The position numbers and the translations under genes were made by a program. Shown here piece after piece: positions 29,616 through 39,086 of a DNA stretch of 57,484 bases; the first letter of the stretch is position 1; every line of letters starts with the position of its first letter. The DNA comes from Candidatus Cybelea sp. (GTDB lineage Bacteria; Vulcanimicrobiota; Vulcanimicrobiia; Vulcanimicrobiales; Vulcanimicrobiaceae): positions 1-57,484 of the forward strand of contig DATDGN010000082.1 in the NCBI GenBank assembly GCA_036522095.1, written 5' to 3'. Below the pieces are notes generated by a model, which was not told the DNA's origin, did not search any database, and saw nothing but the letters and a program-made list of their open reading frames with translations.

Positions 29616-30960
29616 CCTCCGTCATTGGCGCGCGACGGCGCTCGCCGCGGCGCTCGCGCTCGCCGGCTGCGGGGCGCATCAGGCGCTGCCTTTGCAAAGC
29701 GACAGCGCGTTGAGCGCGCTCGACTCGACGGGCGCCGGCAAGATCAAGCACATCGTCTACATCGTCCAGGAGAACCGCAGCTTCGACAATCTCTTTCAGG
29801 GCTTTCCTGGTGCGGACACCGTTTCGGAGGGCAGGCTCTCGAACGGAAAGACCGCCAAGCTCGTGCCCGTGAGCCTCGCGACGATGTACGACATCGATCA
29901 CTCGGCGATGGCGATGTTCCAGGCGTGCGACGGAACGGGAGCCCTTCCCGGCACGAAGTGCCGCATGGACGGTTTCGACCGAGAGCGGACGTTCGGCGCC
30001 CCGCGCGACATCCAGCACCCGCAGTTCGTTTACGTGCCGCACAACGAGTCGAAGCCGTACTTCGACATGGCGCACGAGTGGGTCGTCGCCGACCGCATGT
30101 TCCAGTCGCATCTCGACGAGAGCTTCGTCAGCCATCAGTACATCATCGCCGCGCAGGCGGCGGCGAGCGTCGACCTGCCCGACGGGTTATGGGGCTGCTC
30201 GGGCGGCAGCTACGATCGCGTGCGGACGATCAAACACGATCGTCGGTATGGGCCCAGCCAACGGCCGTGCTTCGACTACCAGACGCTCGGCGACGAGCTC
30301 GACAAGGCGAAGCTCACCTGGAAGTTCTACACGAGCCGCTTCGGCAGCTCGGGCAGCGGCGACGGCAACTGGTGGTCAAGCTATCAGGCCGTGCGCCACA
30401 TCTACAACGGCCCGGACTGGGGCAAAGACGTGATGTCGCCGTCGAAGCGCTTCCTGCGGGACGTGCCGAACGGAAAGCTCGCGAACTTCACGTGGATCAC
30501 GCCGATCTGCAGCAATTCGGATCACGTGAACTGCGGTGGGGGCTACGGCCCGTCGTGGGTCGCCGCGCTTGTCAACGCCGTCGGCGAGAGCAAGTTTTGG
30601 GACTCGACCGCAATCTTCGTGCAGTGGGACGACTGGGGCGGGCTCTACGATCACGTGAAGCCGCCCTTCAAGGACTACGACGGCCTCGGCTTCCGCGTTC
30701 CGCTTCTCGTGATCTCGCCGTACGCGAAGCGGAACTACGTCTCGCACGCGCAGTACGAGACGACCAGCGTGCTGCGCTTCGCGGAAGATCTCTTCGGGCT
30801 GGACCAGCTCGCCGCCGCGGACCGGCGCGCGACGTCGCCGGCGCGCGACTGCTTCGACTTCTCGCAGCAGCCGCGCAAGTTCGTGCGCATCAAGGCGCCG
30901 CGTGGGCGCAACTTTTTCCTCGGTCAGTCCGACGACTATCGCGCCCCCGACTATGAGTAA
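29602..30960 (+). CDS. phosphoesterase-family lipoprotein, copy 3
   Basis: The GTG start overlaps copy 2 by 14 nt. It has a lipobox (LAGCGA). Motifs are [53 protein letters not shown] and GFRVP. Confidence 0.85.
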   Translation: MILSSLRHWRATALAAALALAGCGAHQALPLQSDSALSALDSTGAGKIKHIVYIVQENRSFDNLFQGFPGADTVSEGRLSNGKTAKLVPVSLATMYDIDHSAMAMFQACDGTGALPGTKCRMDGFDRERTFGAPRDIQHPQFVYVPHNESKPYFDMAHEWVVADRMFQSHLDESFVSHQYIIAAQAAASVDLPDGLWGCSGGSYDRVRTIKHDRRYGPSQRPCFDYQTLGDELDKAKLTWKFYTSRFGSSGSGDGNWWSSYQAVRHIYNGPDWGKDVMSPSKRFLRDVPNGKLANFTWITPICSNSDHVNCGGGYGPSWVAALVNAVGESKFWDSTAIFVQWDDWGGLYDHVKPPFKDYDGLGFRVPLLVISPYAKRNYVSHAQYETTSVLRFAEDLFGLDQLAAADRRATSPARDCFDFSQQPRKFVRIKAPRGRNFFLGQSDDYRAPDYE

Positions 30961-32302
30961 CCGCCGACTACCGGCAATCGTCGCCGTGCTGGCTCTCGGC
31001 GGCTGCGCGTTCGGGTCGCGGGCGCTGCCCGCCATGCACAGCGCTGCCGCGCTGCAAAACCTAGCGGGGACGGGCGCGGGAAAGATCGAGCACGTCGTCT
31101 ACATCGTTCAGGAGAACCGCAGCTTCGACAACCTGTTTCAGGGCTATCCCGGCGCGGACACGGCCTCGGAAGGCAAGCTCCTCAATGGCAAGACCGTCAA
31201 GCTCGTACCCTTGAGCCTCACGGCCAAATACATCATCGATCACGGCTCGAAGGCGATGTTCGAGGCGTGCGACGGAGCCGGCACGCTGCGCGGTACGGAC
31301 TGCCGGATGGACGGCTTCAACAAGGAGAAGGCGTACTTTTGGCCGGTGCAGATCAAGCACCCGCAGTACGTCTACGTGCCGCACTCCGAATCGGCGCCGT
31401 ACTTCCAAATGGCGCACGAGTGGGTCTTGGCCGACCGCATGTTTCAGTCACAGCTCGACGAGAGCTTTTCGGCGCATCAGTACGTCATCGCGGCGCAGGC
31501 CGGGCGGAGCGTGAACCTGCCCGTGACGCTGTGGGGCTGCTTCGGCGGAAGCTTTGACTCGGTTCCCACGCTCAAGCAGGACCGCACGATCGGACCGTCC
31601 GAGCCGCCCTGCTTCAACTATCGCACGCTGGGCGACGAGCTCGATGAGGCCGGCCTATCTTGGCGTTTCTACACCAGCAAATATAACAGCCCGTCGAGCG
31701 GACAGGGCAGCTACTGGTCCGGCTATCAGGCCGTGCGCCACATCCGCCACGGCCCGGATTGGAAGAGGGACGTCATCACTCCGCAGAACCGCTTCCTCAC
31801 CGACGTCGCGGCCGGCAAGCTCGCGAGCTTCACGTGGATCACCCCGGTTTGCAACGACTCCGATCACGTGAACTGCGGCGGCGGATTGGGGCCGTCGTGG
31901 GTGGCGGCCCTCGTCAACGCCGTCGGCAAAAGCAGGTTCTGGAAGACGACGGCGGTCTTCGTGCAGTGGGACGACTGGGGCGGCCTGTACGACCACGTCC
32001 CACCGCCGCACCGGGATTTCGACGGCTTGGGCTTTCGCGTTCCGCTGCTCGTGATCTCGCCCTACGCGAAGCGCGACCACGTGTCGCACGTGCAGTACGA
32101 GACGACGAGCGTGTTGCGCTTCGCGGAAGACCTCTTCGGCCTCGATCAGCTGGCCAGGGCCGACCGGCGCGCCGCCTCGCCCGCGAGGGACTGCTTCGAT
32201 TTCTCGCTGCCGCCGCGCAAGTTCACTCCAATTAAAGCGCCGCAGGGCGAGCAGTTTTTCCTGAGGCAGCCGCCCGACTACCGTCCCCCCGACGACGATT
32301 AG
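30953..32302 (+). CDS. phosphoesterase-family lipoprotein, copy 4 (closest to copy 3)
   Basis: ATG 30953 ([18 protein letters not shown]) overlaps the copy 3 stop by 8 nt. It carries [26 protein letters not shown] and the same downstream motif set. Confidence 0.85.
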   Translation: MSNRRLPAIVAVLALGGCAFGSRALPAMHSAAALQNLAGTGAGKIEHVVYIVQENRSFDNLFQGYPGADTASEGKLLNGKTVKLVPLSLTAKYIIDHGSKAMFEACDGAGTLRGTDCRMDGFNKEKAYFWPVQIKHPQYVYVPHSESAPYFQMAHEWVLADRMFQSQLDESFSAHQYVIAAQAGRSVNLPVTLWGCFGGSFDSVPTLKQDRTIGPSEPPCFNYRTLGDELDEAGLSWRFYTSKYNSPSSGQGSYWSGYQAVRHIRHGPDWKRDVITPQNRFLTDVAAGKLASFTWITPVCNDSDHVNCGGGLGPSWVAALVNAVGKSRFWKTTAVFVQWDDWGGLYDHVPPPHRDFDGLGFRVPLLVISPYAKRDHVSHVQYETTSVLRFAEDLFGLDQLARADRRAASPARDCFDFSLPPRKFTPIKAPQGEQFFLRQPPDYRPPDDD

Positions 32303-32304
32303 GC

Positions 32305-33723
32305 CTACTCGCTGTCTATCGGCTCGTGCGATGGTGGCAAGCGTTCAAAGTATGAGCGCGAGAAGGACGATGGGATCTTCGTGAACGCGCGTGGCGGTTG
32401 GGAGAAGTCGAACGAGTCGATGATGCTGTTGGCGCGTGTGTCGGTGGTGTTGAGACTGCCGAGGCTCCAGATGTCTTCGACGAACTTGATGATGCTGCCG
32501 AACTCGTACTGCGTGTGCGAGATGTAGCCGGGCTTGCTCGGGACCGCCTCGCGCGCGTAGGGCGAGACGATCATCATCGGAACGCGGAATCCGAGGCCGC
32601 CCCAATGGTCAAACTGCTGCGAAGGGCCGATCGGCGGCGGCGGAACCGGGTCGTAGAATCCGCCCCAGTCGTCCCAGGTGATGATGATCGCGGTGGATCC
32701 CCAATACGGGCTCAGACCGATCGCGTTGACGACGCTCGCGACCCACGACGGTCCTCCGGCCCCCGAGCCGGGGCCCGGATGATCGGAGAACGGCGCATCG
32801 GGTACGACCCATGAGACGCTCGCCAACGTGCCGTTCTTGATGTCGCCGAGGATTTTCCTCTCCGGAGTGACGATGTTCGTGGTCCACTCCGGCCCGTTGC
32901 GCACCGACGAGATCATGTCGAACGCGTTCCAGAGCGCGCCGGCGCCGCCCATCGACGGCGTGTAGTACTTCCACGTGACCGACTTCGCGTCGAGCAGATC
33001 GGCCAGCGTCTTATAGTAACTGCCCGAACCGGGAAACTGGTTGGTGCACGGGAACGGGCCCGGTTTGGGTCCCTCCATCTTGCTCCCGGTCCAGACTAGC
33101 TGTGAGGTCCTCGTGCCGCTCGGCGCGTCGCAGCCCCACGGCGTGCCAGTCGGAAAGTCGACCAGCGCCTCACTGAGCGCCGAGTCGAAGGTCGTGCCGC
33201 CACGGATCAGATCTTGATGTCCGGTGAAACTGCCGCTGCCCTGCGTCTGGAACATCTGATCGGCGAGCACGTATTGCCCGGCGATGTCCCAGTACGGCGT
33301 GATCTGCGCGGGATTCACGTACTGATACGGGTTGCGCCCCGCCAGCACGGTGCACTTGCTGCCATGGCCGCCGCCCTCCAGATAGAACCCGTCCATCTTG
33401 CCGGCGTCGTAGTCTTTCAAGTACCCGCTGCGCGAGTGTCCGAAGTCGCACGGCCAGACGAGATTGACCTGCTTGAGGCTGATCGTCTTCTTGCCCTTCT
33501 GGCCCTTCGTCGTCCCATCGGCGCCGGGGAACGTCGCGAAGAGGTTGTTGAAGCTGCGGTTCTCTTGAATCATGATGATGACGTGCGAGATCGGTATCGT
33601 CCCGCTCATGGGTGAGTCGGAGCGCGCGTGGAAGGGCACCGCGCCGCCGACACCGTCGGCCCCTCCGCCACATGACGAAAGGACGAACGCTCCGGCAAGG
33701 AGTGCAATGGGAAAACGGCTCAT
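32305..33723 (-). CDS. phosphoesterase-family lipoprotein, copy 5
   Basis: It has a lipobox (LSSCGGG). Motifs are [52 protein letters not shown] and GFRVP. Confidence 0.88.
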   Translation of the reverse strand: MSRFPIALLAGAFVLSSCGGGADGVGGAVPFHARSDSPMSGTIPISHVIIMIQENRSFNNLFATFPGADGTTKGQKGKKTISLKQVNLVWPCDFGHSRSGYLKDYDAGKMDGFYLEGGGHGSKCTVLAGRNPYQYVNPAQITPYWDIAGQYVLADQMFQTQGSGSFTGHQDLIRGGTTFDSALSEALVDFPTGTPWGCDAPSGTRTSQLVWTGSKMEGPKPGPFPCTNQFPGSGSYYKTLADLLDAKSVTWKYYTPSMGGAGALWNAFDMISSVRNGPEWTTNIVTPERKILGDIKNGTLASVSWVVPDAPFSDHPGPGSGAGGPSWVASVVNAIGLSPYWGSTAIIITWDDWGGFYDPVPPPPIGPSQQFDHWGGLGFRVPMMIVSPYAREAVPSKPGYISHTQYEFGSIIKFVEDIWSLGSLNTTDTRANSIIDSFDFSQPPRAFTKIPSSFSRSYFERLPPSHEPIDSE

Positions 33724-33737
33724 GCTAAAACTTCCCG

Positions 33738-35144
33738 TTATTCAGAGTCGAGAGGAATGTTAGATGGTGTTTCATGTTCGAAATACTCAAGCGGGTAGGA
33801 TGACGGAATCTTCTGGAACGTACGCGGCGGCTGCGTGAAATCGAATGAGTCGAGGATGCTGTTGGCGCGTGTGTCGGTGGTCCCGAGCCGCGGCAGGCGC
33901 CAGTTGTCCTCGACGAACTTCAGGATGCTGCCGAACTCGTACTGAGTATGCGAGACGTAGCCCGGCTTGCTCTTGGTCGCCTCACGCGCGTAGGCCGAAA
34001 CGATGATGCAGGGAACGCGGAACCCCAAGCCGCCCCAGTGATCGAACGGCTGCGGCGGCGGCACCGCATCGTAGAATCCTCCCCAATCGTCCCACACGAC
34101 GACGATCGCGGTCGAATTCCATAGCGGGCTCTCGCCGATCGCGTTGACGATGCTCGCCACCCACGCCGGTCCTGTGTCTTTCGAGGCGGATCCGGGGTGA
34201 TCGGAGTTGGCCCCGTCCGGAATCAGCCACGACACGCTCGGCAGCGTGCCGTTCGTGATGTCGGTGAAGATCGTCGTCTCCGGCCACGCGACGTTGGTGC
34301 CCCATTCGGGACCATACCGGACCGACGCGATCATGTCGAACGCGTTCCACAGACGGCCGTTGGAGCCGAGCTTCGGCGTGTAGTACTTCCATTTAATGTG
34401 CTTCGCGTCGAGCTCGTCGGCCAGCGTCTTATAATAGCTGCCCGATCCCGGAAACTTGTTGGTGCACGGGTACGGGCCTTTATTGTGCTCGCCATGGATG
34501 CTACTCCCGGTCCACAGCAGATACGACGTCTTGGCCTTTGGCGGCGCGTCGCAGCCCCACGGCAGGGCGGTCGGAAAGTCGATCAGCGCATCGTCGAGCG
34601 CGGCGTCGAACGTCGTGCCGCCGCGGATCAGATCTTGATGCGCGGTGAAGCTGCCGCTGCCTTGCGTCTGGAACATCTGATCGGCGAGCACGTACTGCCC
34701 GGCCATGTCCCAGTACGGCGTAATCTGCGCCGGATCCACGTATTGGTACGGCTTCCGGCCGGCCTTCCCGACGCACGGCGGCCGGTTTCCGTTGCCCTCG
34801 AGATAGAACGCGTCCATCTTACCGCCGTCGTAGTCTTCGAGAAACGCGTTGCGCGAATGCCCGAAGTCGCACGGCCAGACGAGATCGGTTTTCGTCAAGA
34901 GGATCCGCTTCTTGCCCATCATTCCGTACTTGGTTCCGTCCGCGCCCGGGAACGTTGCGAACAAATTGTTGAAGCTGCGATTCTCTTGAACCATGATGAC
35001 GACGTGCTTAATCAGGCCGGAGCTGCCGTGACGATCCGCATCGCTAAGCGTGGGCGTCACGCCGCCGGCCCGGATGCCATAACCGCCGCCGCACGACGCG
35101 AGAACACACGCCACAGCCAGGGCAGCAAAACGGGAACGCTCCAT
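33738..35144 (-). CDS. phosphoesterase-family lipoprotein, copy 6 (closest to copy 5)
   Basis: ATG 35144 (MERSRFAALAVACVLASCGGG) is preferred over the TTG at 35153. It carries IKHVVIMVQENRSFNNLFATFPGADG and the same motif set. Confidence 0.86.
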   Translation of the reverse strand: MERSRFAALAVACVLASCGGGYGIRAGGVTPTLSDADRHGSSGLIKHVVIMVQENRSFNNLFATFPGADGTKYGMMGKKRILLTKTDLVWPCDFGHSRNAFLEDYDGGKMDAFYLEGNGNRPPCVGKAGRKPYQYVDPAQITPYWDMAGQYVLADQMFQTQGSGSFTAHQDLIRGGTTFDAALDDALIDFPTALPWGCDAPPKAKTSYLLWTGSSIHGEHNKGPYPCTNKFPGSGSYYKTLADELDAKHIKWKYYTPKLGSNGRLWNAFDMIASVRYGPEWGTNVAWPETTIFTDITNGTLPSVSWLIPDGANSDHPGSASKDTGPAWVASIVNAIGESPLWNSTAIVVVWDDWGGFYDAVPPPQPFDHWGGLGFRVPCIIVSAYAREATKSKPGYVSHTQYEFGSILKFVEDNWRLPRLGTTDTRANSILDSFDFTQPPRTFQKIPSSYPLEYFEHETPSNIPLDSE

Positions 35145-35200
35145 AATATACAACGTTCGGCGCAGGGTCGCGGCTTACCCGTTCGGCGCAGGCTCGCGCG

Positions 35201-36100
35201 TTACCTGTTCGAGCCCGCTCGCATGCGCTTCAGAAGCTCGCCGATATAGTCCGGCTCACCGGCGTCTTGATGACGCTGGTACTGTTTTGCGTCAAAGAGC
35301 CAGTCCGGAAGAGAAGCGGGCAAGCCGATCTCGTCGTTGGTCACGTCAAAGAGGAACGAGACCGGCGCGTCGTCCCAGTTCCAAACGGCGCGCGTCACGA
35401 CCCAGCAGCCCAGTACGTTGCGAAAGTTCACCATTACGTCAGTCGCGCTCGCCGGCGCGTCCGGTGCGGGTCGGTACGTGCCGACGAAGTGCGCCTTCCA
35501 CAGATCGTACGTGTCGGCGTCTATCCAGAGATCGCGCAGGTTGTGCAGCTGCGAGTCGCTGCGCGGCCGCAGTTCCAAGTGATAGACGCGATGACCCTCA
35601 ACGGTTTCGATTGGCAGCGTGCCGGCTCGCGTGAATCCGAACCCGTACGGCGACTGCGCGATCGCGACGACGGTCGCGATCGTCTTGAGACCCTCGACGT
35701 CGGGCTGCATCATCACGCCGCCCGCCGGCGCCACGCGCACCGACGAGCGCATCCGCCACGCGAACGGCCCCAAGAACTCGCCCTCGATCGTCGCGGGCGG
35801 CAGCTTGCCGCTCGGAATGGGGTCGCTGACGTTCTCCATCCCGTCGGACAGGCGCACGGCGTAGCGATTTGTTTCGACTCCCGTCTTCTCCCCGGTGTAA
35901 TACCCCATCGGCCGCTCGCGGATGTTCCAGGTCGCGGTCCATACGGCGTACGGCGGCACGGGGTACGACTGCAGGCGCCGGAACGCCGCGTCGAAGATCT
36001 TCTGCGGGGCTGCCGCCTCGGCCGCGCCGGTTTGCGGAGCGGCCGGAACGGTCGTGCCGAGGAGCGCAATCGTGAGAGTCAAAAGACCCCGTTTGATCAT
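35201..36100 (-). CDS. secreted protein, LolA-like / outer-membrane lipoprotein-sorting-like fold suspected
   Basis: ATG 36100 (MIKRGLLTLTIALLGTTVPAAPQ signal peptide) lies inside ORF 35201..36286. HRVYHLELRPRSD...LWIDADTYDLWK resembles the LolA_like family. It is on the same strand as, and directly upstream of, copies 6 and 5. Confidence 0.55.
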   Translation of the reverse strand: MIKRGLLTLTIALLGTTVPAAPQTGAAEAAAPQKIFDAAFRRLQSYPVPPYAVWTATWNIRERPMGYYTGEKTGVETNRYAVRLSDGMENVSDPIPSGKLPPATIEGEFLGPFAWRMRSSVRVAPAGGVMMQPDVEGLKTIATVVAIAQSPYGFGFTRAGTLPIETVEGHRVYHLELRPRSDSQLHNLRDLWIDADTYDLWKAHFVGTYRPAPDAPASATDVMVNFRNVLGCWVVTRAVWNWDDAPVSFLFDVTNDEIGLPASLPDWLFDAKQYQRHQDAGEPDYIGELLKRMRAGSNR

Positions 36101-36638
36101 GGCGTTATTTACTCGCGGTGATTCACCGCAGTTACCATCGCTCTCTCGTAGGGGCCTGCTGGAAGCGGCGGCCTCGTTCGGCGTGCTCGCGGCGATCGCG
36201 AACGTGCCGGCCGTTGCGGCCGAGCCAACCGGCGTCGTCGGCGCTTGGAGCCTCGTGAGCTTCAACGTGGATGAAGGTAAGGCCACACAAGAGCCCCGCT
36301 TCGGCCCGGAGCCGGTCGGCTACTTGATGTACACCGCGCAGGCCCGCATGGCGGCGGTGCTGGGCGGCACGCATCGCCCAGAGCTCCGCTCGCCCGCCGG
36401 CACGAGCGCATCCGAGACGCAGCGCAGCGCGTCGCTGCGCAACTTTCTCGCGTACGCCGGCCGCTACGAGATCCGCGGCGACCGCGTCTTCCATCACGTC
36501 GAGGTGAGCGTCTTCACCGATCTGGTCGGCGTCACGCTCGAGCGCCAGTTCAAGATCACCGGCGACACGCTGACCATCCGCACGCTGCCGCCCGAGATCT
36601 GGGGCAGCTCGAACGTGCTCGTGTGGAAACGCGCATAA
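36099..36638 (+). CDS. Tat-signal lipocalin-like domain protein
   Basis: The twin-arginine signal is LSRRGLLEAAASFGVLAAIANVPAVAAE. GAWSLVSFNVDEG...GYLMYT is typical of the Lipocalin_5-type domain. The only in-frame start is ATG 36099. Confidence 0.65.
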   Translation: MALFTRGDSPQLPSLSRRGLLEAAASFGVLAAIANVPAVAAEPTGVVGAWSLVSFNVDEGKATQEPRFGPEPVGYLMYTAQARMAAVLGGTHRPELRSPAGTSASETQRSASLRNFLAYAGRYEIRGDRVFHHVEVSVFTDLVGVTLERQFKITGDTLTIRTLPPEIWGSSNVLVWKRA

Positions 36639-36674
36639 TGGGAAAGACTCGCATGAAAGGACGCTCGACTTAAG

Positions 36675-37118
36675 ATGCTCTCGAAACTCGCCGTCGCGGC
36701 ACTGTTCTGCGCACTCACGCTGAGTGCCGCGGGTCCGGCCTCCGCTCAGCCGGCGCCCGCCGGGCAGCCGGCCCCGCAGGCTCCCGAGTCCGCGCCGCCG
36801 CCGGACAGCGCGCTCACCGGCCGCTTCAACGGCTTCTTCACGACCGTGATCGCCGGGCGCGTGCCGGGCAGCGGCATCTCGCCGCAGATGCGGCAGGGCT
36901 TCACGCAGCAGCTATTGGCCCAGATCGACGCCGCGTTCGCGGGGCTCGGAAAGTTCCGCGAGCTGCAGTTCGTGCGCTCGGACACGATGGCGCAGTATCA
37001 GCGCTATCACTACCTGGCGGTGTTCGAGAAGGGCTCGCAGGGCGTCATGTTCGTCATGGATTCCAACAACACGATCGTCGGCTTCTTCGAGGACCAATCG
37101 GTCCCCAACCCTCAGTAG
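36675..37118 (+). CDS. secreted hypothetical protein
   Basis: It has a signal peptide (MLSKLAVAALFCALTLSAAGPASA) followed by a Pro/Ala linker and a small globular domain. Confidence 0.6.
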   Translation: MLSKLAVAALFCALTLSAAGPASAQPAPAGQPAPQAPESAPPPDSALTGRFNGFFTTVIAGRVPGSGISPQMRQGFTQQLLAQIDAAFAGLGKFRELQFVRSDTMAQYQRYHYLAVFEKGSQGVMFVMDSNNTIVGFFEDQSVPNPQ

Positions 37119-37119
37119 A

Positions 37120-38067
37120 TCAGCTCACGGTGAACGCGGTAGGTGGCAACACCACGTTACCGTCGCGCCCTCTCGGAAGGCGGCACGCACCGGTGATTCG
37201 GCCAGGCGCGGCACCGTATTCGACCGCAATATAACTGATCGTGCATGCGCGGAAGTGCCAGGCATTGATGCTGAAGTTTATTCCATAGAGGCGCCCTCCG
37301 GCAAACTCGACTACGGCGCGAGAGGGCAGAGGCGAACCGAGTACGCGCAGATTCGGTGGTTGTGACATAATGTCGAACGACCCGTCGTTTCCGGCAATGC
37401 TCGCCTGCGTGCCGGCTCGCCAGGTAACACCGAAGCGCCGATAGCCAGATGACAGCACGCATCGGGTCCCATTGTCGCTCAACGAAACCTCGCCTCGGCA
37501 TGGAATCCCGCGGACCGTACTCGCGCGAGACATCGTGCACGTGTCGACTTTGCCATTCTTGAGTTGCACCTGCGCGTTCGCCGAGCAAGGAACGCCGGCG
37601 ATCGTCGCATCTCTCGCCAACGTTACGAACCCGTCCGGCTGCCCGCTGTTGAAGTCGACGTGTCCCGTCAGCGGGATACTGTAAACGCTGGCCTCCTGTT
37701 GCAGGTCGAGCGACGCGATCTCGTTTCGGGCTTGGGCAGTCGGATGCGTTACGAGCGTCCCCGCGGGGAGCCTGATGCCGGCGATCACCTTGGCGTCCTT
37801 CAACGTTTCCTGCCGCAATCGCGTCCGAGCCGCGAACGCGGCTTGGCCCCCTACCAAATCGAGATACGGGATAGCCGAGCACACCCAAAGCGCCGCAGCG
37901 AGGCCGGCGACGATGCGCCTGCCTACGCTCGAACGCCGCCGCCACCAGAACCACACGGCGATGGCAGCCAAGATCGTGAGCGGCCAGAACGCGCGGACGA
38001 GCCAATAAATGATCAGCATCGCCGTCGCGTTCGGCCACGAAATGGAGATCCAATCGGCGATCAGCAT
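37120..38067 (-). CDS. membrane-anchored hypothetical protein (2 N-terminal TM helices plus Cys-containing repeat-like ectodomain)
   Basis: ATG 38067 (MLIADWISISW...) is 2 nt after the ICMT gene stop. The upstream part of ORF 37120..38793 is an out-of-frame shadow of the ICMT gene. Confidence 0.6.
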   Translation of the reverse strand: MLIADWISISWPNATAMLIIYWLVRAFWPLTILAAIAVWFWWRRRSSVGRRIVAGLAAALWVCSAIPYLDLVGGQAAFAARTRLRQETLKDAKVIAGIRLPAGTLVTHPTAQARNEIASLDLQQEASVYSIPLTGHVDFNSGQPDGFVTLARDATIAGVPCSANAQVQLKNGKVDTCTMSRASTVRGIPCRGEVSLSDNGTRCVLSSGYRRFGVTWRAGTQASIAGNDGSFDIMSQPPNLRVLGSPLPSRAVVEFAGGRLYGINFSINAWHFRACTISYIAVEYGAAPGRITGACRLPRGRDGNVVLPPTAFTVS

Positions 38068-38069
38068 GC

Positions 38070-38789
38070 TCAATAAACTCCCGGAACGAGGCGCGACGTC
38101 CGCGAGCGGTACGCGTCGTAATCCGCGCCGAACTGCGACGCGAGCAGAGCCTCCTCGGAGTTCATTCGCGCGATCACGGGCGGAACGAGCAGCAGCGTGA
38201 GAAGCATGCCGATGCCGGAGCGAAAGGCGAGACTCCAGCCCAGCGCGCTGACGAGTAATCCGAGGTAGCTGGGATGGCGGATGCGCGCGTAGAGCCCGGT
38301 CGTGACGAGCGCGTGACCCGGCTGAATCGCGACGAGCCCGCTGAAGCGGTTGCCGAGGATGAACACCGGCGCGATGCGCAGCGTTCCGCCTACGGCGAGC
38401 AGCGCCACGCCGAGCCAACGCGTCGTTTCGCCGTCGATCGTCCAGAAACCGATGCGGTCCGTCCACGGGGCGACGTAGGCCGACGCCAACCCGATGACGA
38501 CGACCGGCAACAAGACCCAGCGGTTGCTCCGATCCTCGCGCTCGCCCGGACTCACGTTGCCGCCGGCAAAGACGGCCGCGATCGTGAACACGATGAACAG
38601 GATCGCGGTCGCGGTCAACGCGGGATGCGCGAAGAAGGCGGCAACCCCACCCATGCCTGCGACCGCGAGTGCGAGATAAACCACCGCGCTGACGTTGGCG
38701 ACGACCATCGAGGTTGCGAACTTCACGCGCCTGTATTCCAGGTTTTCGTGCCCGGACCCGTGAACGCTCCTCATCCCCCATTCGTCCAT
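38070..38789 (-). CDS. isoprenylcysteine carboxyl methyltransferase (ICMT/PEMT) family membrane methyltransferase
   Basis: It is multi-TM, and GLYARIRHPSYLG is the family hallmark. The start is uncertain, with internal Met alternatives. Confidence 0.78.
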   Translation of the reverse strand: MDEWGMRSVHGSGHENLEYRRVKFATSMVVANVSAVVYLALAVAGMGGVAAFFAHPALTATAILFIVFTIAAVFAGGNVSPGEREDRSNRWVLLPVVVIGLASAYVAPWTDRIGFWTIDGETTRWLGVALLAVGGTLRIAPVFILGNRFSGLVAIQPGHALVTTGLYARIRHPSYLGLLVSALGWSLAFRSGIGMLLTLLLVPPVIARMNSEEALLASQFGADYDAYRSRTSRLVPGVY

Positions 38790-38809
38790 GCAACGAGGAG
38801 TTGAGTACG

Positions 38810-39013
38810 ATGCGCTTTAGTCGTGGCCGCTACATTGTCGGTGCAGCCATCGCCGCCATGCTCCTAGCGGGCTGCGGCGAAGCTCGGGACGCTCAGGACT
38901 TCACGCTCTTGCCGATAGGCGCGCCGCCCGCTGGCGTGCAGCGCATCCCGGTTTCGCCGTCCCTCCACGCGCCGCAGCGCCTCGTCGGACCCGCGATGGC
39001 GCGGCCCCGCTAA
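38810..39013 (+). CDS. small lipoprotein (67 aa)
   Basis: The ATG at 38810 follows a GAGGAG RBS. It has a lipobox (AAMLLAGCG). Confidence 0.4.
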   Translation: MRFSRGRYIVGAAIAAMLLAGCGEARDAQDFTLLPIGAPPAGVQRIPVSPSLHAPQRLVGPAMARPR

Positions 39014-39031
39014 CCGGCCCCAGCGCGCATC

Positions 39032-39066
39032 GTTTGGCCATGTCATGCGCAGCGGAGTCGAAGCAC
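39032..39066 (+). repeat. possible degenerate copy of the short element
   Basis: The sequence gtcatgcgcagcggagtcgaagcacgacgggtgac shares GTCAT...GTCGAAG but lacks CCTGAG. It is intergenic. Confidence 0.3.
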
Positions 39067-39086
39067 GACGGGTGACCCGAGATTAT

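Noticed and set aside
29602-29625. gtgatcctgagtagcctccgtcat at the copy 2 / copy 3 gene junction as another copy of the interspersed element.
   Set aside because: It shares only the GT.ATCCTGAG half and lacks the GTCGAAGG half. It also encodes both the C-terminus of copy 2 and the N-terminus of copy 3, so the resemblance may be coincidental. It is mentioned in the finding but not annotated.
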